DNA of 64,000 bases from Alphaproteobacteria bacterium. GTDB taxonomy: Bacteria > Pseudomonadota > Alphaproteobacteria > UBA828. Below are positions 1 through 9,524 of the stretch, piece after piece. The notes under the pieces were generated by a model. It worked only from the letters and a program-made list of their open reading frames with translations, was not told the DNA's origin and searched no databases. The stretch spans positions 992,001-1,056,000 of the forward strand of contig CBDCCI010000002.1 of assembly GCA_965214705.1 (NCBI GenBank), written 5' to 3'. A program made the translations under genes and the position numbers. The number at the start of each line of letters is the position of its first letter. The stretch's first letter is position 1.

Positions 1-627
1 CCCTTCCCCCACGCCCATATCGTCACCACCACGACCCACAAGACCCTGCGCGGCCCGCGCGGCGGCATGATCCTGACCGACGACGAGGCGCTGGCGAAGC
101 GGATCAACTCGGCGGTCTTCCCCGGCCTCCAGGGCGGGCCGCTGGAGCACGTGATCGCGGCCAAGGCGGTGGCGCTGGGCGAGGCGATGACGCCCGCGTT
201 CAAGGACTACGCCCGGCAGGTGGTGGACAACGCCAAGGTGCTGGCGAGCGCGCTTATGGAGCGCGGCTACGACATCGTCTCCGGCGGCACCGACACGCAC
301 CTCCTGCTCGTCGACCTGCGCGCCAAGGAGCTCACCGGCAAGGTGGCGGAGGCGGTGCTGGAGCACGCCGGGATCACCTGCAACAAGAACGGCGTCCCCT
401 TCGATCCCCAGAAGCCGTGGATCACCTCCGGCATCAGGCTCGGCACCCCGGCGGCGACCAGCCGCGGCTTCGGCACGGCCGAGTTCCGGCGGATCGCCGG
501 CTGGATCGCCGACCTGCTCGACCGCGAGGCCGACGCGGCGGGCAGCAGCGAGGAACTCGCGGCAGAGATTCGCGAGGAGGTCCGCGCGCTCTGCGCCGCT
601 TTCCCGGTCTACCCCGGTCACGCCTGA
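1..627 (+). CDS. glyA: Serine hydroxymethyltransferase, 3' part (5' end outside window)
   Basis: Frame 1 from base 1 reads [22 protein letters not shown] (PLP-lysine motif); also [33 protein letters not shown]. Confidence 0.98.
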   Translation, partial: PFPHAHIVTTTTHKTLRGPRGGMILTDDEALAKRINSAVFPGLQGGPLEHVIAAKAVALGEAMTPAFKDYARQVVDNAKVLASALMERGYDIVSGGTDTHLLLVDLRAKELTGKVAEAVLEHAGITCNKNGVPFDPQKPWITSGIRLGTPAATSRGFGTAEFRRIAGWIADLLDREADAAGSSEELAAEIREEVRALCAAFPVYPGHA

Positions 628-640
628 GAGGAGGCTCGCC

Positions 641-1099
641 GTGCGCTGTCCGTTCTGCGGCAATGAAGACACGCAGGTGAAGGATTCGCGGCCGACGGAG
701 GACAACACCGCGATCCGCCGCCGCCGGCAATGCACCAACTGCGCCGGCCGCTTCACCACCTTCGAGAGGATCCAGCTGCGCGAGCTCTCGGTGATCAAGA
801 GCAACGGCCAGCGAGTCCCCTTCGAGCGCGAGAAGATGGCGCGCTCGATGCAGATCGCGCTGCGCAAGCGGCCAGTGGAGCCCGACCGGGTCGATCACAT
901 CGTGACCGGCATCGTGCGCCGGCTGGAGAGCCTGGGCGAGACCGAGATCCCGAGCACGGTGATCGGGGAGATGGTGATGGAGGCGCTCTCGGGCCTCGAT
1001 CAGGTCGCCTACGTGCGCTTCGCCTCGGTCTACCGGAACTTCGGCGAGAAGAAGGACTTCGAGGAGTTCATCGGCGGCCTCGCCGACGAGCGGGACTGA
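641..1099 (+). CDS. nrdR: Transcriptional repressor NrdR
   Basis: MRCPFC...VKDSR...RRRRQC..C..RFTTFE zinc ribbon, ATP cone, [10 protein letters not shown]; GGAGG RBS before GTG. Confidence 0.98.
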   Translation: MRCPFCGNEDTQVKDSRPTEDNTAIRRRRQCTNCAGRFTTFERIQLRELSVIKSNGQRVPFEREKMARSMQIALRKRPVEPDRVDHIVTGIVRRLESLGETEIPSTVIGEMVMEALSGLDQVAYVRFASVYRNFGEKKDFEEFIGGLADERD

Positions 1100-1103
1100 G
1101 GGC

Positions 1104-2222
1104 GTGGCGGCGGCCGATCCGTCACTCGACCGCCGCTTCATGGCGCTGGCATTGGCTCTCGCAGGGCGGGGCCTCGGCAACGTGTGGCCCAACCCCGCGG
1201 TGGGCTGCGTGCTCGTGCAAGGCGCGCACATCGTCGGCCGGGGCTGGACCCAGCCGGGCGGCCGGCCCCATGCCGAGACCGAGGCGCTCGCCCGCGCGGG
1301 CGACGGCGCGCAAGGCGCCACCTGCTACACCACCCTGGAGCCCTGCGCCCACCACGGCGAGACCGGCCCCTGCGCCGACGCGCTAATCGAGGCTGGGATC
1401 GCGCGCGCTGTCGTCGCGGTCGAAGACCCGGATCCCCGCGTCGCGGGCCGCGGAAGCGTCATGCTCGAAGACGCGGGCATCAAGGTTACTCGCGGCTGCA
1501 TGGAGGATGAGGCGCGGGCACTCAACGCGGGCTTCCTCTCGCGCGTGGAGAAGGGCAGGCCCCACGTGACGCTCAAGCTCGCGAGCACGCTGGACGGGCG
1601 GATCGGGACGCATACGGGCGACAGCCGCTGGATCACCGGCCCGCTGGCTCGGGCGCGCGGGCACCTGCTCAGGGCCCAGAACGACGCCGTGATGGTGGGG
1701 GCCGCGAGCGCACTCGCCGACGACCCGGCGCTCACTTGCCGGTTGCTGGGCCTGGGCAGCCAGAGCCCGGTCCGAGTCGTGATCGACGGCAGCGAGCGGT
1801 TGCCGGCCAGCCACGCGCTGATCGCCGATGCCGGCGCACATCCGACGTGGATTGTCTCGACCCAGGAACTCGGCGGCGGCGGGCGGCACGCGGACTGGCG
1901 CGAGGCGGGCGCAGACGTCATCGAGGTGGCGGCGGAGGCGGACGGGCGACCGGCGCTCAAGGCCGCGCTGGAAGCGCTGGCGGGGCGCGGCCTCACCCGA
2001 GTCCTGGTCGAGGGCGGCGGCCGGCTCGCGGCGGCGCTGCTCTGCGCCGGCCTGGTGGATCGCATCGAATGGTTCCGCGCGCCAGGCGCCATCGGCGGCG
2101 ACGGCGTGCCGGCGCTTGCCGCGCTCGGCGTCGAGCGCGCCGACGACATGCCTCGCTTCCGCCGCGTCTCCTCGGCCGCGCTCGGCGAGGACGTGCTGGA
2201 CACCCTGGTGCCGGCGGGCTGA
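1104..2222 (+). CDS. ribD: Riboflavin biosynthesis deaminase/reductase RibD
   Basis: PNPAVGC, HAE, TLEPCAHHG..PC deaminase motifs; KLASTLDG and VEGGG reductase motifs. Confidence 0.97.
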   Translation: MAAADPSLDRRFMALALALAGRGLGNVWPNPAVGCVLVQGAHIVGRGWTQPGGRPHAETEALARAGDGAQGATCYTTLEPCAHHGETGPCADALIEAGIARAVVAVEDPDPRVAGRGSVMLEDAGIKVTRGCMEDEARALNAGFLSRVEKGRPHVTLKLASTLDGRIGTHTGDSRWITGPLARARGHLLRAQNDAVMVGAASALADDPALTCRLLGLGSQSPVRVVIDGSERLPASHALIADAGAHPTWIVSTQELGGGGRHADWREAGADVIEVAAEADGRPALKAALEALAGRGLTRVLVEGGGRLAAALLCAGLVDRIEWFRAPGAIGGDGVPALAALGVERADDMPRFRRVSSAALGEDVLDTLVPAG

Positions 2223-2232
2223 GAGGGGCGCC

Positions 2233-2826
2233 ATGTTCTCAGGGATCGTCACCGACGTGGGCCGCGTGCGGTCGGTCGCCGAGACTGCCGGCGGCGGTCT
2301 CAGGCTGGAGATCGGGACTGCCTACGACACCGACACCGTCGCGCTCGGCGCCTCCATCGCCTGCTCGGGCCCCTGCCTTACCGTGGTGGACAAGGGGCCG
2401 GGCTGGTTCGCGGTGGATGTGTCGCGCGAGACGGCGGACCGGACCACGCTCGGCGACTGGCGCGCGGGCTCGGGCGTCAACCTGGAGCGCGCGCTCGCGC
2501 TTGGCGACGAGCTGGGCGGCCATCTGGTGACCGGCCACATCGACGGCGTCGCGCTGGTCGAAGGCGCCGAGCGGGAAGGGGAGTCGCTCCGCCTAACGAT
2601 CCGCTGCCCCGCAGAATTCTCGCGCTTCGTCGCCTCCAAGGGATCGGTCGCGCTCGACGGCGTCTCGCTGACGGTGAACGAGGTGGCGGGCGACGTATTC
2701 GGCATCAATCTGATCCCCCATACGCTGGCGGCGACCACCTTTCAGGAGTGCGCCGCCGGCCGCAGGCTCAATCTTGAGGTGGACCTGATCGCGCGCTACC
2801 TTGCGCGCCTTCATTCCGAGCGCTGA
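2233..2826 (+). CDS. ribE: Riboflavin synthase
   Basis: MFSGIV start at ATG 2233 (inside listed ORF 1828..2826); GASIACSGPCLTV, NLERAL, GGHLVTGHIDG, KGSVALDGVSLTVN. Confidence 0.96.
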   Translation: MFSGIVTDVGRVRSVAETAGGGLRLEIGTAYDTDTVALGASIACSGPCLTVVDKGPGWFAVDVSRETADRTTLGDWRAGSGVNLERALALGDELGGHLVTGHIDGVALVEGAEREGESLRLTIRCPAEFSRFVASKGSVALDGVSLTVNEVAGDVFGINLIPHTLAATTFQECAAGRRLNLEVDLIARYLARLHSER

Positions 2827-2835
2827 AGGGTCGAG

Positions 2836-3984
2836 ATGTCGCGCGCCGCGTCGTCCTGCAAGCTCATGTCCGTCGAGGAGACGGTCGAGGAGTTTCGCAA
2901 CGGACGCATGGTCATCCTTGCCGACGACGAGGAACGGGAAAACGAGGGCGATCTGGTCATTCCCGCCCAGATGGCCACGCCCGAGGCCATCAACTTCATG
3001 GCCCGGTACGGCCGCGGGCTGATCTGCCTCGCGCTCGGCAGCGAGCGGGTGCGCGACCTCGGCCTGGAGCTGATGCCCAAGCGCAACGAGTCCCGCCACG
3101 ACACGGCGTTCACGGTCTCCATCGAGGCGCGCGAGGGGATCACCACCGGCATCTCCGCCTCGGACCGCGCGCGCACCATCGCGGTCGCCATCGACCCCCG
3201 TTGCGGGCCGGACGATCTGACCTCGCCGGGCCACGTCTTCCCCCTCGTCGCGCGCGACGGCGGTGTGCTGGTGCGCACCGGCCACACCGAGGCGAGCGTG
3301 GACCTCGCCCGACTCGCCGGCCTCAACCCGTCTGCCGTGATCTGCGAGATCATGAACGACGACGGGACCATGGCGCGGATGCCCGATCTCGAGGCCTTCT
3401 CCCAGCGCCACAACGTCAGGATTGCGACCATCGCGGACCTGATCGCTTACCGGCTGCGCCACGACAGCATCATCCGGCGGGTGCGGGAGACCACGTTCAG
3501 CTCGCACCACGGCGGCGCCTTCCGCATGTACGTCTACGCCGACACGGTCCAGAAGGCCGAGCACATCGCGCTGGTGAAGGGCGACGTCTGGGACAACGAG
3601 CCGGTGCCCGTGCGAGCTCACGCCTTCAGCATCCTGGACGACGGGCTGGCCGACACGGCAAGCGAGAACACCGGCAAGCTCCAGGCCGCACTCAGGATGA
3701 TCGGCGAGCTCGGACGCGGCGTCGTGGTTGTCGTGCGCAACCCCTTCCCCGTGCGGCTCTCCGAACCGGCGGAGGCAGACGCGGACCACGAGGACACCGA
3801 GGGCCTGAGAGACTACGGCGTGGCCGCCCAAATCCTCATCGACCTCGGCGTGCGCGACATGATTCTGCTCCACAACACCCACTGGACCATCGTCGGGCTC
3901 GACGGCTACGGGCTACGAGTGGTCGATCAGCGCCCGATCTCGGACGAGGCGCGGCGGGCGTGGATGGTCGGCAGCCATGAGTGA
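2836..3984 (+). CDS. ribB: 3,4-dihydroxy-2-butanone-4-phosphate synthase with degenerate GTP cyclohydrolase II-like C-terminal domain (RibBX type)
   Basis: DDEERENEGD, FTVSIEA, TTGISASDR, PGHVFPL, GHTEA, CEIMNDDG; C-terminal domain lacks the Zn-binding cysteines. Confidence 0.94.
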   Translation: MSRAASSCKLMSVEETVEEFRNGRMVILADDEERENEGDLVIPAQMATPEAINFMARYGRGLICLALGSERVRDLGLELMPKRNESRHDTAFTVSIEAREGITTGISASDRARTIAVAIDPRCGPDDLTSPGHVFPLVARDGGVLVRTGHTEASVDLARLAGLNPSAVICEIMNDDGTMARMPDLEAFSQRHNVRIATIADLIAYRLRHDSIIRRVRETTFSSHHGGAFRMYVYADTVQKAEHIALVKGDVWDNEPVPVRAHAFSILDDGLADTASENTGKLQAALRMIGELGRGVVVVVRNPFPVRLSEPAEADADHEDTEGLRDYGVAAQILIDLGVRDMILLHNTHWTIVGLDGYGLRVVDQRPISDEARRAWMVGSHE

Positions 3985-4423
3985 GGGGCGGCGGGTCCTC
4001 ATCCTGGAGGCGCGCTTCTACGAGGATATCGCCGACCAGCTGGTGGCAGGCGCTGTGGGCGCCCTCGACGAGGCCGGCGTGGGCCACGAGCGGATCGCCG
4101 TGCCCGGCGCTTTCGAGCTGCCGGCGGCGCTCGCCATGGCGATCGCGAGCGGCCGCTACGACGGCTTCGTCGCGCTCGGTTGCGTGATCCGGGGCGAGAC
4201 CAGCCATTACGAGCACGTCTGCGGCGAGTGCGCGCGCGGGCTGGCCATGCTCGCCGAACGCCACCGCATCGCGCTGGGCTTCGGCGTGGTGACCGCCGAG
4301 AACCGCGAGCAGGCCTGGGAGCGGGCTGCGGTGGAACGGAAGAACAAGGGCGCCGATGCCGCCAAGGCGTGCCTCGCGATGATGGCGATCCGCGCCTCCC
4401 TCGGCGCGGACTCTCAAGGCTAG
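3977..4423 (+). CDS. ribH: 6,7-dimethyl-8-ribityllumazine synthase
   Basis: VPGAFELP, ALGCVIRGETSHY, NKGADAA. Confidence 0.97.
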   Translation: MSEGRRVLILEARFYEDIADQLVAGAVGALDEAGVGHERIAVPGAFELPAALAMAIASGRYDGFVALGCVIRGETSHYEHVCGECARGLAMLAERHRIALGFGVVTAENREQAWERAAVERKNKGADAAKACLAMMAIRASLGADSQG

Positions 4424-4428
4424 GCGCG

Positions 4429-4953
4429 ATGACCGCCGCCCCCGGCGCGGCCCAGGCCCCGACGCCACGGGGGCAGGGGCGGAGCAGCGCGCGGCTTGCC
4501 TGCGTCCAGGCGCTCTACCAGATCGAGATGTCCGGCCAGTCGGCGGACGAGGTAATCGAGGAGTTTCTGAGCCACCGCGCCGGCCACGAGATCGACGGCG
4601 AGCGCTACGCGGCGCCCCACCGTCGCCACTTCGAGCGCACGGTGCGCGAGGCCGCCGCGCAGGCGGACGAGTTCGACGCCCTGGTGGCGGCGACGCTCGC
4701 GGAGCACTGGAGCATGGAGCGGCTGGGCACCGTGGTGCGCGCGCTCCTGCGGGCCGCCACCTGCGAGCTCGCGGCCTGCCCCGACGTGCCGGCACGCGTG
4801 GTGATCGACGAGTACGTCGAGCTTGCGCGCGCCTTCTTCTCCGGGCGCGAGCCGGCCTTCGTCAACGGCGCGCTCGACAGCCTGGCGCGGCGTCTGCGCG
4901 CGGCGGAGATGGCGGACGGAGCGGACCATGACCGGCCGGCCCAAGAGCGGTGA
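4429..4953 (+). CDS. nusB: Transcription antitermination factor NusB
   Basis: RSSARLACVQALYQ, VVIDEYVELARAF, FVNGALD; ATG 4429 in frame with ORF 4180..4953; conserved position after ribH. Confidence 0.96.
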   Translation: MTAAPGAAQAPTPRGQGRSSARLACVQALYQIEMSGQSADEVIEEFLSHRAGHEIDGERYAAPHRRHFERTVREAAAQADEFDALVAATLAEHWSMERLGTVVRALLRAATCELAACPDVPARVVIDEYVELARAFFSGREPAFVNGALDSLARRLRAAEMADGADHDRPAQER

Positions 4954-5917
4954 ATTCGACCTCATCGCCCGCTTCTTCGAGCCGCTGAGCCGCGCCGCGC
5001 CGGGCGCGTTTGCGCTCGGCAACGACGGCGCACTGCTGACGCCGCCGGCGGGCGCGAGCCTCGTCGTCACCAAGGACCTGATGGTGGCCGGCGTGCACTA
5101 CCCAGAGGGCGAAGAGCCCTCGGTGCTCGCGCGCCGGCTGCTGCGCGTGAACCTCTCGGACCTTGCGGCCATGGGCGCCGACGCCACGGCTTACGCGCTC
5201 GGCCTCGCGCTGCCTGCGGATGTCGGGGATGACTGGCTGGAGGCGTTTGCGGCGGGGCTCGCACTCGACCAGGAGACCTTCGGCGTCGCGCTGATCGGCG
5301 GCGATACGGTGGCGACTGCGGGGCCGACGGTGCTCTCGCTCACGGCCTTCGGTACGGTGGCGGGCAATGCCTGCCTCACACGCTCCGGTGCGTGTGAGGG
5401 CGACGACATCCACGTCTCCGGGACCGTCGGCGACGCGGCTCTGGGTCTGCGCGCGGTGCGGGGCGGCCTCGCCGCGTTGGCGCCCGAAGATCGTGCGGCG
5501 CTCGCCGCGCGCTTCCGCCTGCCCGAGCCCCGGCTCGCGCTGGGTGCGGCGCTCGTCGGTCTCGCTAGCTGCGCCATCGATGTCTCGGACGGGCTGGTAG
5601 CGGACCTGGGCCACCTCTGCGCAGGGTCCGGCGTCGCGGCGCGCGTCGAAGCGGATGCCGTGCCGCTGTCGGACCTGGCGCGACGTGCGCTAGACGAGGG
5701 CGAGGCGGCGATGGCCGATCTCGTCACCGGCGGGGACGACTACGAACTGCTGTTCTGCGCGTCGCCGTCGGCGCGGGGCGATATCGATGCCCTCGGCCGC
5801 CGCCTCGACCTGGCGCTCACACGCATCGGTGGGATTGAGCCGGGGCAGAGCGTTACGGTCTTGGGCGCCGACGGTCAGCCGCTCGTGCTCAGCCGCGCCG
5901 GCTACACCCACTTCTAA
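4928..5917 (+). CDS. thiL: Thiamine-monophosphate kinase
   Basis: EFDLIARFF, VNLSDLAAMGA, LIGGDT, AIDVSDGLVADLGH, GGDDYELLF, GYTHF. Confidence 0.96.
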   Translation: MTGRPKSGEFDLIARFFEPLSRAAPGAFALGNDGALLTPPAGASLVVTKDLMVAGVHYPEGEEPSVLARRLLRVNLSDLAAMGADATAYALGLALPADVGDDWLEAFAAGLALDQETFGVALIGGDTVATAGPTVLSLTAFGTVAGNACLTRSGACEGDDIHVSGTVGDAALGLRAVRGGLAALAPEDRAALAARFRLPEPRLALGAALVGLASCAIDVSDGLVADLGHLCAGSGVAARVEADAVPLSDLARRALDEGEAAMADLVTGGDDYELLFCASPSARGDIDALGRRLDLALTRIGGIEPGQSVTVLGADGQPLVLSRAGYTHF

Positions 5918-6018
5918 GAGCATCACCAGCCGGTGACGTTGACCGGCCGGGGCCGGCTGGTCATAACTCCGGGCGCGGGCGCCTGCTGCGCCCGAAGCCG
6001 TGAGAGGGAAAGGGCGCC

Positions 6019-6714
6019 ATGATCGATCTCTATTATTGGCCGACGCCGAACGGGTGGAAGCTCACCATCCTCTTCGAGGAGCTCGGCATCCCATACAACG
6101 TGATTCCGGTGGACATCAACAAGGGCGAGCAGTTCGAGGCGGACTTCCTCGCCATCGCGCCCAACAACCGGATGCCGGCAGTGGTGGACCCCGAGGGGGC
6201 GGACGGCAAGCCGCTCTCGCTCTTCGAATCCGGCGCCATCATGCTGCACTACGCCGACAAGCATGGCCGCTTCATCCCCGCCGACGAGCGCGGCCGGGCC
6301 GAGGTGCTGCAGTGGCTCTTCTTCCAAATGGGCAACGTCGGGCCGATGCTCGGCCAGTGCCATCACTTCCGCAACTACGCGCCGGAACAGCTCCCCTACG
6401 CGGTGGAGCGCTACACCAACGAGGCGAGCCGGCTCTACCGGGTGGTGAACAAGCGGCTTGAGGACCGCGAGTGGGTCGCGGGCGAGTACTCCATCGCCGA
6501 CATGGCGATCTTTCCGTGGATGCGGCTCTGGTACAACCAGGGGCAGGAAATCGAGGACTATCCCCACCTCGGCGCCTGGCTGGAGCGCAACAAGGAGCGC
6601 CCGGCGGTGCGCCGCGGCCTCGACGTGATGGCCGACCAGATCCGCAAGAAGCCTGTGTTCACCGAGGAAGAGCGCTCGATCATGTTCGGCGCCAAGCAGT
6701 TCGAAGCGCGGTAG
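6019..6714 (+). CDS. Glutathione S-transferase, Nu class (YfcG/YghU-like)
   Basis: MIDLYYWPTPNG, PNNRMPA, LFESGAI, YSIADMA. Confidence 0.92.
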   Translation: MIDLYYWPTPNGWKLTILFEELGIPYNVIPVDINKGEQFEADFLAIAPNNRMPAVVDPEGADGKPLSLFESGAIMLHYADKHGRFIPADERGRAEVLQWLFFQMGNVGPMLGQCHHFRNYAPEQLPYAVERYTNEASRLYRVVNKRLEDREWVAGEYSIADMAIFPWMRLWYNQGQEIEDYPHLGAWLERNKERPAVRRGLDVMADQIRKKPVFTEEERSIMFGAKQFEAR

Positions 6715-6727
6715 GGAGGGAGAGGCA

Positions 6728-7345
6728 ATGATCGACCTCTACACCTTCGGCACGCCGAACGGCGTGAAGGTCTCCATCATGCTCGAGGAGGTCGGGCTCC
6801 CCTACCGGGCACACACGATCAACATCCTGGAAGACGAGCAGTTCGATCCCGAGTTCCTCAAGATCAGCCCCAACAACAAGATCCCGGCGATCGTGGATTC
6901 CGACGGGCCAGACGGCGAGCCGATCTCGCTCTTCGAATCCGGCGCGATCCTGCTCTATCTGGCGGACAAGACCGGCCAGCTGATCCCGGCCGACGCGCGC
7001 GGCCGCTGGCGGGTGATGGAGTGGCTGATGTTCCAGATGGGAGGCGTCGGCCCGATGTTCGGCCAGGCCAACCACTTTCGGCGCTTCGCCAAGGAGGAGG
7101 TGCCCTACGCCATCGAGCGCTACACCACCGAGGCGCACCGGCTCTACGGCGTGATGGACCGCAGGCTCGCGGAGCACGACTTCCTCGCCGGCGACTATTC
7201 CATCGCCGATATCGCCTGCGTCGGCTGGGTCGGGCGCTGGGAGTGGCACGGCATCGACTGGGCCGACTATTCGAACCTGCACCGCTGGTTCGAGACCATC
7301 CGCGCCCGGCCAGCGGTGCAGCGGGGGCTCAAGGTCCCGCAGTAG
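6728..7345 (+). CDS. Glutathione S-transferase, Nu class (second tandem paralogue)
   Basis: MIDLYTFGTPNG, PNNKIPA, LFESGAI, YSIADIA, RPAVQRG. Confidence 0.92.
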   Translation: MIDLYTFGTPNGVKVSIMLEEVGLPYRAHTINILEDEQFDPEFLKISPNNKIPAIVDSDGPDGEPISLFESGAILLYLADKTGQLIPADARGRWRVMEWLMFQMGGVGPMFGQANHFRRFAKEEVPYAIERYTTEAHRLYGVMDRRLAEHDFLAGDYSIADIACVGWVGRWEWHGIDWADYSNLHRWFETIRARPAVQRGLKVPQ

Positions 7346-7355
7346 GGGGTCGGGT

Positions 7356-7850
7356 ATGGCCGACCCCATCGCTCATCCGGCGGTGCGCCGGGTGCAGGCG
7401 GCGCTCGCCGAGGCCGGGTCGGGGGCACAGGTGATCGCGCTCGTCAGCACCGCGCGGAGCGCCGAGGATGCCGCCGCCAGCATCGGTACCCCGCTCGGCA
7501 GCATCGTGAAGTCGCTGGTCTTCACCGTCGCCGGCGCGTCGGTGATGGCTTTGGTCGCGGGCGACCGGCGCTGCGACCCGAAGGCACTGGGGCGCGCGCT
7601 CGGGCGCGAGGGGAAAGTCCGCCGCGCCGATGCCGACGCCGTGCGCGCCGCCACGGGCTTCTCAATCGGGGGGGTCGCGCCGCTGGCTCACGAGACGCCG
7701 CTTCCGATCGCGATCGACGCGAGCCTCGGGCGCTTCGAGACCGTCTACGCCGCCGCCGGCCACCCGCACTGCGTCTTCGCGACCACGATCGACGAGCTTC
7801 AGCGCCTCACCGACGGGACGGTCACGGGGGAGATTGCCGTCGAACAGTAG
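7356..7850 (+). CDS. YbaK/EbsC (ProX-like) aminoacyl-tRNA deacylase family protein
   Basis: IVKSLVF, TGFSIGGVAP, VYAAAGHP motifs. Confidence 0.9.
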   Translation: MADPIAHPAVRRVQAALAEAGSGAQVIALVSTARSAEDAAASIGTPLGSIVKSLVFTVAGASVMALVAGDRRCDPKALGRALGREGKVRRADADAVRAATGFSIGGVAPLAHETPLPIAIDASLGRFETVYAAAGHPHCVFATTIDELQRLTDGTVTGEIAVEQ

Positions 7851-7863
7851 AATTTTCGGCGGG

Positions 7864-8493
7864 TCAGTTTTCAGGCGGATTCCTCATCAGGTGGGCAAGC
7901 GAGGCGGCCTCTTGCCCCAAGCCGTCGCTCTCGACGTGCCCCGCGGCCCGCAGACGAACTTGGTCTTCCTTGTTCTGATTGAGCTTCCAGGTGCCTTCCA
8001 CGCTCTCCACCGAGAGTTCGACCGGCATGATCGAGCGCATCAGCTCGGAAAGCTGGTCTGGCGACACCTTGGCCGGCGTCCAAGGAAGCTTGGGTCGAAG
8101 CTCGTTCTCGAACCGGGCCGACAGCGCGTCGAGGTGAGCGCGAAGAGTCTCAACCGGGCGGCGTCGGAGCGTGCCCCGGATGTGCACGGCCACATAGTTC
8201 CACGTCGGAACCTGATCCACCGTATCGGTGCCGTACCAGTCCGGCGAGACGTAGCTGTCCGGTCCACTGATCGCCAACACGGCTGCGCATTCCTTCTCAC
8301 GCAAGTGCCGCGCGATCGGATTCCCACGAACGAGATGGGCATGAACCGCCGCGCCGTCTTCGACCAGAATGAACGGAATGTGGCTGACGAGCGGGCCCGC
8401 ACCGTCGATGGCCAGGACGCCGAACCCGCGTTGCGCGGCGAACCTCAGGTTCCGGTCTCGGGAGACTCGCCGGAAGGCGGGATTGCTGTGCAC
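7864..8493 (-). CDS. FMN-binding PaiB-like protein (negative transcriptional regulator family)
   Basis: SHIPF, HLVRGNP, GPDSYVSPDWY, VPTWNYVAVH, KLNQNK. Confidence 0.9.
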   Translation of the reverse strand: MHSNPAFRRVSRDRNLRFAAQRGFGVLAIDGAGPLVSHIPFILVEDGAAVHAHLVRGNPIARHLREKECAAVLAISGPDSYVSPDWYGTDTVDQVPTWNYVAVHIRGTLRRRPVETLRAHLDALSARFENELRPKLPWTPAKVSPDQLSELMRSIMPVELSVESVEGTWKLNQNKEDQVRLRAAGHVESDGLGQEAASLAHLMRNPPEN

Positions 8494-8552
8494 CGAACTT
8501 CGGTTGCTCCTGCCTCAAGATCGCCGACGCGCGGCCGAGAGCATGCCGCCAG

Positions 8553-9365
8553 CTATTCCAGCACCGGAATAGCGGTGAGGTAATCGAACAGCGCCTTGGC
8601 GATGCGCTGGCGCTCGTCCTCGGCCAGGCGGTCGGAGAGGGGCGGCATCGTCGTCTCCTCGAACACGGAGAGCGGTGCCAGGACCGCGCTCACGAACACC
8701 GCCTCTTCGTAGCCCTTGGTGATCTCCGCGAGGTTGCCCACGTGCTTCTCGCCGCCGAAACCGTTCACCAAGTGGCATCTCAGGCAGTGCTCTTTGGCGA
8801 GCGCCGCACCCTCGTGAAGGCGGGCGTCAAGCCCTTCGGGCAGCAGCGCTGCATCCGAAAGCGTGACGAGATTGGCCTCGGCTATCTGATAAATCCATGT
8901 GCCCGGACCCTCGTCGATCAGGGCGGGGTTCCCGATATTGTCCCAGACCAGGTAGTAGGGCCCGAGCGGCACGTCGGTCTGGTTCTGCAAGAGATTGTCG
9001 ACCGTAAACGGCGACCCGTCTCCCAGCGCGAAGACGAAGAAGGCATCCACCGTCTGGAAGCGGTCGGCGGCGACGCGCAAGACGTAGCCGTCCAGGGCGC
9101 GGAGCTCGACGGTTTCGGCCTGGCTCGCCCAGTCAGCACCGAAAAGCCGCGCCAGCACATCCACGGCCGGGTAGCCCACGTAGTCGACGGTGACGTGATC
9201 GTCGCCTACGCTCAGATGCGGCTCGTAGACCGTGACCGTCTCGGCCAGGGCGCCCATCTGGGCCTCAAGGTCGTCGACGGCAGGCATCTCCACCGCACGA
9301 AGGGGGGAAGCCGCCAGCAGAGCCAACCCGAGCACGGCGCCAAGCAAGGTGAACCGTGGATGCAT
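8553..9365 (-). CDS. Exported mono-haem c-type cytochrome with N-terminal oxidoreductase-like domain
   Basis: C-terminal part of ORF 8553..11915; ATG 9365 starts a signal peptide (MHPRFTLLGAVLGLALLAASPLRA); CLRCH haem motif and distal TTMP Met; ALDGY and LGPYYLVW segments. Confidence 0.8.
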   Translation of the reverse strand: MHPRFTLLGAVLGLALLAASPLRAVEMPAVDDLEAQMGALAETVTVYEPHLSVGDDHVTVDYVGYPAVDVLARLFGADWASQAETVELRALDGYVLRVAADRFQTVDAFFVFALGDGSPFTVDNLLQNQTDVPLGPYYLVWDNIGNPALIDEGPGTWIYQIAEANLVTLSDAALLPEGLDARLHEGAALAKEHCLRCHLVNGFGGEKHVGNLAEITKGYEEAVFVSAVLAPLSVFEETTMPPLSDRLAEDERQRIAKALFDYLTAIPVLE

Positions 9366-9524
9366 CGCTTTCTCTCCCTGTCCAAGAAAGCGCCCGCCTG
9401 GACGATGGACGGGCCGGCCCGCATCGTAGGGGCCCCGCCGGGTCTTTCTCAACTGCGTCTCCGCCTTACATCGGGGCTTCGATCTGATATGTCTCCGGGG
9501 CGCAGTGCGCGGCGGGAGGAGGCG

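Noticed and set aside
628-1103. FMN riboswitch for the rib operon
   Set aside because: No room (nrdR fills the interval) and no RFN consensus.
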